63,208 nucleotides of DNA, filler included, from 13 parts of 13 records of this genome joined end to end with filler, not necessarily neighbours in it; one strand, 5' to 3'; positions 46,886 to 60,900 are shown, counted from the whole stretch's first letter. Notes: a model not told the origin generated them from the sequence alone. Made by a program: numbers and translations.

Positions 46886-49800
46886 TTACCTTTGCAAGAT
46901 AATCTTTTCAGTCGTTATATAGCCTCCTATTTGGATTTTACAAAAATAGATACCGGGCGATAATCCCCTACCGTCAAAGACCAACTGATGGATGCCTGCC
47001 TGATGATCTTGCTGGTTGACCAGTTCCGATACCAGATACCCGTTTATGTTAAAGATCTGTAAGACAACATAGGTATCTTTATCAGGTACGTTATATACCA
47101 CCTTTAGCTCCCCGGTAGTCGGGTTAGGCGATAAGGTTAACAAAGGTCCGTTGCCCCAGGAGGCTGACCCGCCCTCAAAGATTACCAGCTCGGTAAAGCT
47201 GCCCCGATGTGTATCCGCGGCAAACGTTATGGAATTCGTAACGTCATATACTTTGCCAGACCTAGGGTCATAGAGCTTAAAGCTGATTTCTTCACCGGCT
47301 TCTTTGTTTGCATAGACAAAAAGGTCTAGTAAGAATCGATGTTTGCTTTCCAGATAAGTAAGCGTTCCAATGCCCCGGCATTCATCGCCTACAAAAGCGG
47401 CTAGCAGGTTGCCTTGCCTTACTGCGACTTCGTCCTCGATCACAAGGCTGGCTGTAAGGGTCATGTTGTATTGGAATTGGCTGGGATCTATAGACCAATC
47501 GTCTATTGGAGCTTGTTTGCTATGGTTTGTTGCGTAGGGCATACTTAGCATGCTCTTGGCTTGGAGCGCATTCGGATAGGCCAATACAGCTTCCTCTCCT
47601 ACGGTTAGCTCGTACGCATGGTAAGGCTCTAGGATATTTAACCTGCCTAACCAATCTCCGTTAAAGTATTCTGCGGTCTCACCGGAGCCGCTTACTAGGT
47701 TGTCTCCCTCCGATAGCGGATTGATCTGCAGCACTTCGCTGGGTGTAGCACTTTCCTGTAAAGGATAACCTATTAAGTTGAGTCCTTCCGCTAGAAATAC
47801 GGGAGATAACGGAGCATCGCTTCCTGTGATCCTTAAGACATCTGCCTGGCTTAGGCGTAGCTTATAGCCCTGAGTGGTGGTTATCGTCTCTAACCCGTCC
47901 AGGCTTTCCCAGCCGTCAACAGGATCGTAGTGGCTGGTTGTGGTCAGGGTCTTGATCTGATCTCCGGGCATAGGATGTAGGGTTTTTAGTACGTTGTTTA
48001 CAGACATGTCTGTAAGCGCCACATTTAAGGAGAACCAGTTCCAGCCGGCGATCAACGGGATATATCGGGCTTTATCCGTTTCCGTATCGACCTGTAATTT
48101 TTCCGGTCCGGCGATGCTGCCATGGCGATCGCCCAAGCCAAAGGTAATTACCTGCTTAGGATGGCCGGTATACTCGATGCCTTCGGAGGCATCCCAGATC
48201 CTAAATTCTGGTTCTTTACCTGTATCGTCTGTATTGCCGCCTACGCTGAGATAGGCTACATGGTGTTGATCGGTTACTTGTTCTATATGACTTACCCCTC
48301 TTAGCTCGTTGTCTATCCAAGCACTGATCTTATCCAACGGGTCTGTGGATAAGGGGCCTTCGTCTATCTGGAAGTTGGCCGTTACCGTCATCTGACCTTC
48401 AAAACCTTCCGTATCAAGAGTCCAGTCAGGGGCTTCTTGCCGTATATCCAAGGTTAAGTGCAACGTTTCCGTTCCAAAGTCCGTGATGGTGGCGATCACC
48501 TCGGTTTTATATACGCCCACCGCGAGGTCTTCGGTATGGATATCAAATGTGACGGTTGCTCCTGAGGGCGTGACGATCCCGGTATTGGAACGGGCTTCCA
48601 ACCAGGTTGCTTCTTCGGTTAAGGTAAAGGAATGATCGCTTTCCCCAGCATTGGACAGGCTTGCTTCTAGGCTTATCTCTTCTCCCTGGTATGCCCTTAG
48701 CTCTAGCCTATCGGGATCCCAGTAGATAGGGTTTTGTTGTACTGAAAAGTCCCATTGGACGTTTTGTTCCAGTAGGTTGCCCTGTAGGTCGGATAGGGTT
48801 AAAGGGATGAGTTTTGCTTGTAGGCTTTGCCCTTCCAACGGTACCAATACTGCTCGGTCTATGGTAACGATCAGTTGGTTGTCCAAACAAGCGATTGTAG
48901 CAGGTACAGGGGTATCGTCCTCTACACGCTGTAGTGTAAAGTCGGCCGTATCAAATAAAGGGCAGTCGATGTCTTCGGTAAAGGCGACTGAGATTTGATC
49001 GCCTGCGGAGAAGATCCTATCTGCCGGCTCGGGAGTACCAAGCAGTTCAATAACAGTTCTGTCAAGAACCCCCGGAAGCACATTGGAATAGCTTTCTCCA
49101 TCAACGCCGCAACTGTTTAGGGCTCTTATCTCATAGTCGCCATCTGGGAGAGACCTCTCTGTAAGATCCCATACATAAGGATAAGTCGGTTCCGGATAAG
49201 TGAGCCGGTTCTCTTCAAAATAAAAAGCCAATACCGCCTTATCCAGGGTTTCTATGAGAATCCACTCATTGGAGCCTGCCCTACGGTATTGGAGACGGAT
49301 CTCCTCTAGCCGTTTATGATAAGGATCATAGTCTGTTAATTTGATAAAAAGCTGCTCTCTTTCACCCTGCGGTTTTTTGTGGAGGATCCAGTTATCGCCA
49401 TGGGTCGTTTCATTGCCCTCTTGTACCAGGTTGATATCGCTACAAGGGATGTTAAAAAAGACTTCCAAGTCAAGCATCGCAAAAGTACTTGGGTCACATA
49501 CGGAACGCAGCCCGATTTGAAGATCCTCATAGTTATCGTGTTCCGGTCCTTTATAGATGCTGAGATAAGTATATACAGATCCTCCGGTAGGGATCTCAAC
49601 CACTCTTCCTTCAAACTCAATTTTTGCACTTTTTTGGTTACTGCCTGAGGGCACATATAACTCATACGTTCTGGACTCTCCAAAAACATTGCCATTGGAA
49701 AGTTTTAAAGGAAATACAGCGGCTTCTCCGGGGGGTACCTCATAGAGGGCATTATTGGGTAGCGTGCCCTCAGCGTCTTCTAGGGAGATTATAGGGATGT

Positions 49801-52800
49801 CTCTAGGGATTGTACCGGGTTCCAGAGGACAGGAACTTCTGCCTCCCAACAAGTCGAAATAGGGTGTATGTGTAGGGTCTATACCCCGAACCACAGTTAC
49901 GCTGTATTGATCCCCGACATCATTGTCCGTCAACACATAACCTACACTGTTTGTGGTTTCTTCTATACTCTCCTGTACTCGTTCAAATTCAAACTTATAG
50001 TTCAGGACTCCCCCAGATAGACTCTCTGTCTTGATGCTTTGGGTTGTAAATCCTGATTCCGCACCCAGTCCAAAACTTACAGAGATGTCAAACTGGGAAC
50101 TGTTATACAGTCCGAAAAAACTATTCGATTCAAGAAAGGCCTTTTGGGTATATCCGCTGGATTTAGTATATCCTACGCTTACTTCTTTGTTGTATTCCGT
50201 TCCACCTGTAAAGGTAATGTTTTCCGCATCCGGCCCGTATAAAGTCCGGTATTCGCTTTCAAGATTTATATCATTATAGATGTCGTCGATTGTTTCTGGA
50301 GAGATAAAAAAGTAAGACGATATAACCTCTTCACTACCATAATCATCAGCATAAGCGTCTATATAATCTTCCAAATCGGCCTTAAACAGGCTTAGTTTAT
50401 TGTAGGTATCCAGATCGTCTTGCGTCCATTCAAAATCCGGGTTAAGGATATCGTCTCCGTCATCGTCCTGTATCCTTACCTTATTGCAAAAGTCCTGAAA
50501 TTCGCTGATACCGTTTACCGTATTTTTAAAGGGTTCGGGAAGGTCATCGGTAGTACAAAGACTAAAATGAGGAACCGTTTCGTTTCTATGGAACCGCAAT
50601 ACCTCTTCCCAGTTTTCCTTTAAAACGGTTAGGTAGTCAGTGGTTTCCTCAGCACTAAGCCCCTCGATACCAAAGGTACCGTTTTCCACCGCGACCAATT
50701 GATTCTCGTATTCCTGTATCCGTGTTTCAATGGCGCTTACCGTATGGATCCACTGCGTCTTTAATGCATCTGGCGATAAGGTAAAGAGGGAACTTTTGAC
50801 AATGTTACAGTTGTCATCCACTTCGATCTTTTCAGCGATGCCATAAGCTACGGCAACTCCTGTACCTACGATCACATCTGCCGACTCTCCTGTTAGTTCG
50901 GAAGTAGCAGCGGTTTGGATCCGTTCGGTGGTGGACATACTTACCCGAAAGGAAGCAGATGCTCCATCTCCACTTCCGACGACTTTTTCTGATTCGTAAT
51001 GAAACCCTAGTCCAAATATGGAAGTGTATGTATCGGATCTTTTACCTATACCTGCTGAGTTCATATCGCTGACGGTCAGTAGTTTTTCAAAGGTCTTTCC
51101 GGCTTTTATATAACTGTAACTACCATCGCCAGGCGGATCCCTTAAGACAAACAAAGGCAATTGTATCTGTCCGCCCTCTGTCTTATCCACCTCTACGATC
51201 ACATCATTGCCTGGAGGCGATTTTTGGCCTTCTACTACCAAAAGTTGTATTTGCTCTCCCATAAAGCCACCACCTTCGGTATGGTACTCTACGACCAGGT
51301 TTTGTAGATAAGGTACAATGGTATTGGGTTCTCCTGCTGTAAAAACATAATTCGGGAAAGTGCCTGTTGCCGGATCATAAGACAAGACCGTTTCTTCTTC
51401 CAGTGCTCCTGTATTTTTTATCTTTAAAAAACCTTCCTGTACCAGACAACGATCGCCGTCGTATTGCTCTGTTACCCGGATCGTTATCGTATAGGGAGTT
51501 CCCTGTTTTAGGACTGCTGGAAATTCCGGATTCTCGCATAAGAATCGGTCAAACCCGGAGAGATGGATCTGAGGAGCTTTATGATAGGTAAATTCAATCG
51601 TCAGATCTTCTTCCATGCTTTCCGAGCTAAGCGCTCCTTTTTCCAGTTGGTGGTGGAGGTCAAAGAGATCCAGTTGGGCCGGTCTTACCCTTAGGTAATC
51701 TACGATGACCAAGGTTTCCGATCGCGTATTGGCAACACCTATTACCACCAACTTATACTCCAAGGGAGGTAGGTCCACAGTCCATTTTCCGTTGTCTAGG
51801 GTACGGTAGGTTTTGGAAAAGCAACCGTCTGTAGAGGATACCCGGATATCGAATCGGTTGGTTCCGATAGGGCCACAGGTATTTTGTACGATCAACTCTA
51901 CCGGATAGACGGTAGTCTCGGCAAAGTTTACCTCCGTAACCAGTGGGAAATCCTCCCGATCATTTAGTGCTACTTCCGGGGTTTCAAACTGATATGTCGT
52001 AGTCTCCTCTACCTCGCCGTCAGTATACGTCTTTTGAGTATCCACCCGTATGGTATACCCGTTTATATCCGGATCCGAGGGGTTGATGGTAAAGGCATAC
52101 CAACCGTTTTCATCGGTAGAAGTCTCTTCTTCCACCGGTTCTCTAGAAGCTCTGTGGGTCTTTAAAAAAACCTTGACCGAACTCAGTCCGCAACTTGTCC
52201 CTTGTCGATGTACCAGTCCCTTTAGGATAAAGGCTGTTTGATCAAAAATAGGGGCGACATACGCCGTGTTTTGTTGTAAAGACAGTTCGGCAAGCAGGTT
52301 GTTTTCTACAAAGCTATGATTTGGATAAGCCGCCGTTACCGTATAGTTGGCTGCTGCTCCATAATAGACTTCTTCCAATGTAAAGTCTCCGTTTAAATCG
52401 GTTTGGGTTTGATACTGGTACCTTTCTCCCTCAATTACAGCAACTGCTTTGATGTCTATTCCAGGCACTCCTATCGCTGTTTGTTGGGTGACTACCAAAC
52501 CTTTTAGGGTACCGTTTGCCTTTCGGGAACCTCTATCGGCCTGGGAAGCGATGATGCTTCCATCCTCTTCTATTTCAACTCGGTAAACATAGGCTTTACC
52601 GGGCGTTCCATCTATATCGTGATAGAGCTCAGTGATTGCCGCAATGGTTTCGATATGTTCGGTATCTCTGTAAAGCTTGACCAAGGTACTGTGATCGGCT
52701 CCGTCAAACGACCAGGTGATGGTGACCTTGGTGTCGTATGTTGCCTTAGTGGCGGTTACCCACTGTATATCATCGTTTAAAGACAACTCATCAATACCGG

Positions 52801-55800
52801 GGTATCCTTCGTCTTCGGCACTGGGATCGGACTCATAAAAGAGTTCGTCGACCTTACGAAAAGCCCGTACCGTATAGGTATAAGGCCCTCCGCTTTGGTT
52901 AAAGAGTTCTGTAAACCTTCTTTTACCTGCTTCTACGCTTTCTATAAACTGTTCGTCTCGATAGATAGAAAAACCATCTTCCGTTTCGCCTGTATAGTCC
53001 CAGGTTATTTCCACATGATTAAGATAAATCCCATCCGAAGCCTGTACATTGATAGGAGTTGGTGTTTTGGGATAGATTGCATTTACAGCCGCTTTTACAG
53101 ATTCATACCGTTGTTCCGTCCTGAGATCAAAGGCAGAGACGGTATAGGTATAGGTTCTTTCAGGGGTTCCGGTTCTATCCGTAAACTCGTTGCTTTCCCT
53201 GTCTAGTGTAGCGATCCGTTCCTCATCTCTATAGACGTTAAAGCCTTCCCGATCTGTTGCGGGATAGGTCCATGTAAGCATTACTTGCCCTTTTTGAGCA
53301 TCCGGGGTGGCGTTTAGCCCTTGAGGGATTCGTAAGGCCGGATAAGGTACGATTATCTTTACGGGAACCGATTCATAGGTCCTGTCCTCTTTTGTGACAA
53401 GGGTAATGACCCGGTATTCTTGTTCCTGACCTGGAATCCCGTCGGGATCGATATATGTCCGCGCTTGTTTGTCTAGGGTATCGATCAGCTGCCCGTCTCT
53501 AAGGATCCAATAGCCGTTAAAGTTTTCCGAAGTATGTTGCCAGGTCAGGGCAATCTGGTTTTGATCGTCTGGCAATTCATAGGCCAGTTCAGGAGCGATT
53601 GGGGAGACATAAGGGTATTGGATCTGCCCACTTTTTGGTGTTGAGGCAAATAGCCCTACAGGCGATTGTTGTACGGCGGTTACTGTATAGCGATATACCT
53701 GTCCCGGCAAGCCGGTACCGTCGATAAACTGCAGTGCTTCGCCGGTAAGGACGATGCCGATGGATACTTCATTTCTTAGGATCTCGTAGTAATCGTGTTT
53801 GTCGGCAGGATGGCTCCAACTGATCTGTACCTGATCTTCCGCTTCCAATTGGATTAGGTGTAAGCGTTCAACCGGAGCAATGACCGGATAAGCGGCCAGA
53901 TCTGTCGTGAGATCGGAAAAGATACGTCCTTGTGCCGTATCCCAATAGGCTTGTACGGCATAGGGGTAATCATAGCCCGGAAATCCCCCATCATCAATAA
54001 TTATACGTTCGTGTTGGGCCGAAATATCGGCGATCTCTACCAAGCCTCTAAAAACCTTAAAACCCGAATAGTTTTCCGAGTCGATGTTCCACCGTATGGC
54101 AATATCTTGGGCGATAGGGTTTGGGGTGGCCACCACGTCTATGGGTAGGGCGATTGCCTCGGTTTCGAGCCGGTCATATACAAACAAATCGGTAAAGTTA
54201 ACCGTATAGACCTGAGTTCCTTCTTCGATAGAGAAGCTATAGCTGTCCTGTTTAAGGGGGTGGTTTTGCAATTCGGCCGTTACGGTGATCGCTGTACCCA
54301 ATCTGTCTGGTAAGGTTTCTATGGTATAAAAACCTGCCTCATCGGTGGTGACGGTCTTTATAAATTGATCCCCATCGATCGGGGCGGTTACTTTAATGGT
54401 TACGCCTGGGATTCCATGCCCGCCGTCTTGAGTACGTACCATACCGGAAAGGGTATATGTGGTACCCAGGCCACCGAGGTCGCCTATTCGATAACTAGGG
54501 CTTTCCTGTAAGTTTTCAGGGTCTATATAGACCGCTTTTAGTTGGTAGGTATGAGACCGTATAGGGTGCTGCCGAGTCATCGTAATATACCCGGTGGTCG
54601 GTACTGAGGGTTTCCAACCATATCCCGTCCCGGTAGATCTCAAATGCTGCATGGAGATACTCGGGGTATTCCCATGCCAACAATACATGACCGGCCAGGT
54701 CGTCAGAAGCGGTAAAATTAGTAGGGGTCTGTGGAAAGTCTTCTCCTGTATCCGATGCCGGTCTGCCGGTGGCGGTGAGGACATCGGAGTAATAGTAGGT
54801 TTTTTCGATCTCTCCTGCTATATCAATTCCTTCTCTTTCTATATAGGATCGGAGTGTATAAGTATACGAGGATCGTGTATAAGGAGAAAGGATCACATCT
54901 TGGTAGCTGTAGGTACCTGGAGGCAGCACGGCGATCAGCTCGTCTTCTCTATACAATTCAAATCCATCGTGATTTTCGGAGGCATGCTCCCAGCTCAGGC
55001 GGATATATCCTATATGTTCCCGGTCAGAGGCGACCATATTTAAAGGGGCTTGTACCTCTGGATACCCATCACCGCTGACCGCTATCGGTAATGACTCATC
55101 GGCCTCTGGTTGATTGTCTTTATAAACATGGAGGCTATAGTTATAATTTTCTCCGGGGATTCCTGTTTTATCTCTAAAGAAAGGGGGAAAGCCTTTATGT
55201 ACGGCGGCGATCCGTTCTCGGTTCCCCTCCAAGGTACGGTAGATATAGACCCCATCGTAGTTGTAATCTGGGGAAACGTTTGCCTCGTCCCAACGGATCT
55301 CTAGCATATCGGTCAAGGCATTTGCTGTGGCATTAGTTACCAAAGGTAGGGTAGGATAGGCAACAGGGGTTGTTGCCGTAGGTACCGACTCATATTGCTG
55401 TCCGTTTTTAACTACGTACGCCGCTATTTGATAGGTATGGCTTTGGTCGGGGTTACCATCATGATCTCGATACTGCCCCAGTTCTGGGGTGGCGATCCAT
55501 GTCTCATCGCGATAGACTTTAAAGCCGGTAAAGTTTTCGGAGCTATGGGACCAGTTGAGATCGGCCACGCCCAGGGTCTCGTCAGCCGCAGCGGTAATGG
55601 TCATAGCGTTTACCGGTGCTACCGGCGGGTAGGAGGCATTTTGGTTTAATGAGATTTCCGTAATGTCGTCTTCCTGCCGGATATATGCTTGTACGGTATA
55701 GGTATAGGTCACTCCGGGAATGCCTTTTCGATCCGTATACTCATTAAGGGGACCGTCCTGGTCGGAGATCAGGTCTATAAGTACGTCGTCTCGGTATATC

Positions 55801-57416
55801 TTAAAATAAACGAGGTCTTCGGAAGCAGGGGGTGTATAGTTCCATTGAAGTTGGACAAGGTCTTTTTCCGGTTCCGGGATTGTTTGTAGGGCTGTAAAAT
55901 CAAAGGGGGTATTTCCTTCTAGGAAGGGATGTTCGCTTTTAAAGTCCACCTGCTGAAATACCTGTTGCTTCCGATTAAAAGACAGGCTTTGGGGGTTTTG
56001 GGTAAAGGTATGCCCCTCGAGTTTGGCTTCTATGGTAAAAACAGCTTCTTCGCCGTAATATAGGTCGGGAACTTGGTAATAACCGGTGGCATCCGTAAAG
56101 GTGCTGACCCGTATTAGCTCTCCGTTTATATCGGCTTCGGCGATGATTTCGGTATGGGGCAAGGCATAATCTCCTTGTTCGGCCACCACCCGCCCCGAGA
56201 TAAAACCCTTAGGGGCTACCCCGCCTTGATCATAAGCAACTACGATGTCTTTTTGGTCTTTGACCAATACCACCCCGTATTGATGTTCTTTGCCAAAGAC
56301 GGGCTGTACGTCCGTATAAGAAACAGTATAGGCAGGAAGCTCTTGCAGCGGTATTCCGTCTCGGGTTACTTGTATGGCATCGGCAAAGGCCGATACATCA
56401 GCCCCAGGTAATATCGACCTTGTCGTGATATACTTCGTCCGTAGCCTGTACCTGAATAGGGTAGGTGTTTCCTGTATGGCAGGATATCTCGTAGGTCTTT
56501 TCAAAGCGTTCGCTATAGGGTTCTATACAGTAAGTATATTCCTGGCCATTTACCAGGCTGTTGGTACTAGAAAAGTGATATACATCTTTAAATACTTTAT
56601 CAGGCACTGTCAGTACCCCTATTGAAACAGGTTCCTCGCCTGCAATCTTTCTTTGGATCCGGTATTCACGGATCAGGTCGGAATGGTTTTGGATTTCAAG
56701 GGATATCTTATCTATATGTTCGGCTTGGGAAACGGTTACGATGGGGGGGCTAAATGCAGTGGTGGTACCGGTGGTTTGCATCGGTTCTAAAATAGGGGTT
56801 CCTGCTCCTTGTAGGTATAGGTTTATCTGATACCGGACGGTACGGTCGTCTCCTGCATCGTGTTTAAAAGCACTTTCCAACCGTCCGTTTTCTTTGACAG
56901 GCAATACATTGTACTCTTCGTGATAGAGTTCTATCCCCGTATCGTTATCTAGCAGTTCTATATAGAGGGCGCCATTGTCTTCCGGAAGATCCAGGTGTTC
57001 GGCAAGTACCTTCCAGCGGACATCTATATAAGCATCGCTTGCTAATAGGGAAGCCGTAAGCGCGATGCCGCTTTGTCCTAAGAAAAAACTACCGTCAGCA
57101 ACACGGAAGCCATCTTGTAATCGTATCTTTTCTCCTGCACGGTAAGTAACCCGGGCAGGGGGTAAGATCTGATTGTTTGCGGTAATGGTCTTATAGGCCA
57201 TGATCACCCTATCTTTATCCATATCTTCGCTAACGGTGATCTCTTCCACTGAGAGGGTTTGGGCAGAAAGCCCTTGGCTTATCAATAGGCTAAATGTACA
57301 ACCTAGAATCCACCCATGATATGGAATGGTATCGGTCTTTTATAGAAACGACCCGATGTTTTCCCCTTTTTTAAAGGGACGCTAAGATCCCGATAACATA
57401 TTAGGTGCGTTTTCAT
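46886..57416 (-). pseudogene. Giant (~3,500 aa) T9SS type-A-CTD surface protein with many FN3/Ig-like repeats, split by three single-base frameshifts (~57305-57340, 56402-56405, ~54557)
   Basis: ATG at 57416, signal peptide ..GLSA|Q and repeated W...GF.IYRD...Y.D..G.PG..Y.Y.V.A modules continuous across the three track ORFs. Central LFVLRDPPGDGSYSY block. C-terminal SPNPT...GIYFCKIQ...TEKIILQR T9SS sorting domain. Confidence 0.8.
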
Positions 57417-57626
57417 CTTTTTAAGGTGTTTAGTAGGTGTTGGATCTCTTTATTTTCTTTTTGTAAGGCTTCTATCTCTTTATCCTTTTTGATAAGGTAA
57501 AGGGTAAGTTCCTCTATCTTTTGTAATAAAACCGCATCCATCTTACCTAGGTTGATGCCGTTTTCCTTTACTTCTTTTTCCGAAGGTACATCGGGTAGGT
57601 GTTTGTTCCTAGAAATAAATTCTTCT
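57413..57626 (-). CDS. C-terminus of a Bacteroidota tail-fibre-like / peptidase-S74-like chaperone coiled-coil protein, 5'-truncated (not in ORF track)
   Basis: EEFISRNKHLPDVPSEKEVKENGINLGKMDAVLLQKIEELTLYLI + coiled coil. Its TGA overlaps the giant gene's ATG (ATGA). Confidence 0.8.
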
Positions 57627-57728
57627 NNNNNNNNNNNNNNNNNNNNNNNNNNNNNNNNNNNNNNNNNNNNTTAATTAATTAANNNNNNNNNNNNNNNNNN
57701 NNNNNNNNNNNNNNNNNNNNNNNNNNAC

Positions 57729-57914
57729 GATGCCGAAAACTTTGTTTCCAAAGTAACCCTTATAGACCTGAAGACTACCCGTCAAAGAAACTTGCCTTTT
57801 AAAGCCTTTTTGAAAAGGGTAGAAATAGACTTGACAGGAGATCCAGGCATTTATATTGTAACCCTTCTTTTTAAAGACGGTACACAAATCAACAAAAAAA
57901 TCATCAAGCTATAA
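57729..57914 (+). CDS. C-terminus of a T9SS type-A sorting-domain protein, 5'-truncated (not in ORF track)
   Basis: ..VEIDLTGDPGIYIVTLLFKDGTQINKKIIKL*, matching the GxY and KxxK CTD signature. Confidence 0.75.
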   Translation, partial: DAENFVSKVTLIDLKTTRQRNLPFKAFLKRVEIDLTGDPGIYIVTLLFKDGTQINKKIIKL

Positions 57915-57925
57915 AAAGAAGAAAA

Positions 57926-60900
57926 ATGAAACACCAAAAATACCCCCTCTATTTGATCTTGTTTTTAGGAAATTTTCTAAGTTTTGCCCAAACTACAGAA
58001 GATTTGTTAATAGACCCCTCCAATACAAGAACAATTTCCTTTCAAAAGAAAGAAATTAAGAAAAAAGAAGTGGCAACTACCCCTGTTGTAGAACCTCAAG
58101 AGCCTCGTTTACCAAGCCCCAAAGCCCTTGGAAAGTCATTAGCCATAGCTCCCAGTGCAGGTACCACAGCAGGCGAATTTTCCGTATCCCTAAGCGGTGC
58201 CGCCACCTATACCATCCCCTTTTCGGTACCGTCAGGTGTTAGAGGCATGACTCCCGATATCGGGTTATCGTTCAATAGCCAAGCCTCCAACGGATTGGCA
58301 GGTTGGGGTTGGAACGTTTCGGGACTTTCCACCATTTCCCGAGTTCCTGCCACCGAGTTTCACGACGGGCTCATCGATCCTGTCGATTTTGACGAGCACG
58401 ATCGTTATGCCTTGGACGGACAACGATTGTTACTTAAAACGGGTACCTATGGTGCAAACGGTTCCGAGTACCAAACCGAAAACTACTCCAACGTCAAGAT
58501 CATCGCCTATGGCACTTCTTCCTTTGGGGCCTCTTACGGACCTTCCTATTTTATTGTCTATTACCCAGATGGCAACAGGGCTTGGTATGGACATTCTGGA
58601 AACTCTCATGGACGATTGGAATGGGCCTTGTCGAAAAAAGAAGACCCTCAAGGAAACTCCCTCCAATATACTTATACACAAAGTGAGGGTTTGTTAAGAA
58701 TTGAGTCCCTTGAATATGTAGTGGAAGACCATCCTGAGAATCAAATTAAATTCGGTTACAAAACTAGAAGCAGACCAGAAATCTCCTATATTGGAGGTCT
58801 TGCCTTTAAAAGAAAGAATCTCTTAGACCGAGTTGAAATCTTGATCGATGAGGGATATCAATCGTATCGAAGCTACCACCTTTCCTATGACCAGACGGAC
58901 TCGGAATATGAACGGTTGACTTCTGTTAGGGAATCCGATGGAAAAGGAGCATCATTGCCCGCCATTGAATTTACCTATGCAGATACGGAAACCGGGATTG
59001 AGAAGTTTCTTGATGAGGGGAATCTTCTTTTTTCAGAGATCAATTCTAGTACCGACAGGGTGCTTGCTGGAGAGTTTAACGGAGACGGAAAGATGGATTT
59101 TATTACCTACGATAAAAACGACCGGAATAAACTCGCTATTTTTACGGATCTTTTTGATTATTCAAATGTTGCCTTCGGTTATGAAGTTTCCACAGATAAA
59201 TTTGAAGCTGTTTTTGGCAGTACGATCCTGTCCTGGAACGGTAAGATGTTATCACAACAAGGAATCACTACCGTTACCGAAACCGTAGAAGAAGGTGAGT
59301 ATCATAATAACGGAAATTATTACAGAATTGGCTCCTTTGAAGTCACCTTTTCCACCTTTGCCATAGCCGCCCATGGTCCTGTTTTTCAATATGAAAAGAC
59401 ATGGACTGGAGTTCCGGCAAACCTTGAGACTTATTGTATTAGTGTATACGGAGAATCCATTTCGGACTACAGAACGAAAAAGATTCCTATGGAGTACGTT
59501 TCGGGAGATTTTAACGGAGATGGATTGACCGATGTTTTGGCATTGCAGAAATCTTATACCAAAGAAAGTTGTAGCTCACATTATAATGTGGGGTGGAGGG
59601 GCTGTCTTTGTACAGGTAGCTATACAGTGGACAGTCGAGGGGCTCATTTTATCGATTTAGACCGAAATCTGACTTCAAATTTTGTGTATTCCTCAGGATT
59701 GTTGAAGCAAAGTATACAAAATGGTGATAGAATACTAGCCGCTGATTTTAACGGCGATGGAAAAACAGACCTATTCCATTTTACAACAGGGAAATTTTTT
59801 GTTTATGAGTTGGATTCCAATAATTATTTGCAATTGATCCATAGCCAAACAGATTCCTATATCAAGACGCAATCCCCCATACTCTTAGGCGATTATAACG
59901 GCGATGGAAAGACCGATTTTACGATCCCAACGGCAAATAACAGTGAGACTTGGAAGTTCTTTTTATCCACAGGAACAAATCTCTACGTCTATTCAAAAGA
60001 CATAGATATCCTCTATACGGAGAGATATAATGAGGGATCCTCTGATTATGAATTCCATTTTATTGCACAAGACTATAATGGTGACGGAAAAACAGATATT
60101 TTAAGACATCAGGTTACCACTTCTTCTAGGCCATCTGATGAAAAAATAAAACTGTTCTTAAATAAGCAATCCTCTAATGACAGTACCCCCTCGTTTCGAT
60201 TGATGACTACTTGGCAAGAAACCAATACAGGAGTCAAAAAATACGGAATCCCTGTTTTTTTAGAACATCAATCCTTTAATAGCAGTTTAGAATACTTCTA
60301 TATCGATGAGGATTATGTCTATGGGTATTCCTTTTTAAGCGATCATCAAAAAGAAGTAACCCTTGAAAGCATTACCAACAACGAGCTAGTTACCGAGATT
60401 TCCTATAAAAAGTTAGACGATGAAGAGGATTACGAAGGCACTTATACTTCAGATTTCGATGAGCTATATCCCTATATCAACCTAAACATTGCCCCCCAAC
60501 TAAAGCTCGTAAAAGAAGCTACCCGTAGCGGTTCGGGACATACCCAAACACAGCAGTTCCGATATGGCGGCGCCGTTACCCATGCAGAAGGTTTGGGTTT
60601 TTTAGGCTTTAAAACCTTTCAAAAAAGCAATTGGTTTGGCGATGGCGTCGGACGGCTTTGGAATAGCTCTCAACACGACCCTCAAAAAAGAGGGGCTGTT
60701 ACCCAACAATGGGTTTCTAGCTCCTCCTCTACGACTCCCTATAACTATCTCCATAAAACCGATTATACCTATACCACGAGTACCGCCGCAAATGGGGTCT
60801 ATACCAACCTGCCCACAAGCCTTAGCAAAGAAGACGCTTTGCAAGGTATTACCACAACGCAAACCCTTAGCTACGATTCCTATTACAACCCCTTATCCAT

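Noticed and set aside
57413-57914. Apparent single locus joining the S74-like/giant T9SS genes to the CTD/RHS genes
   Set aside because: A linker (57627-57726) separates them, so physical linkage is unproven even though such genes often co-occur.
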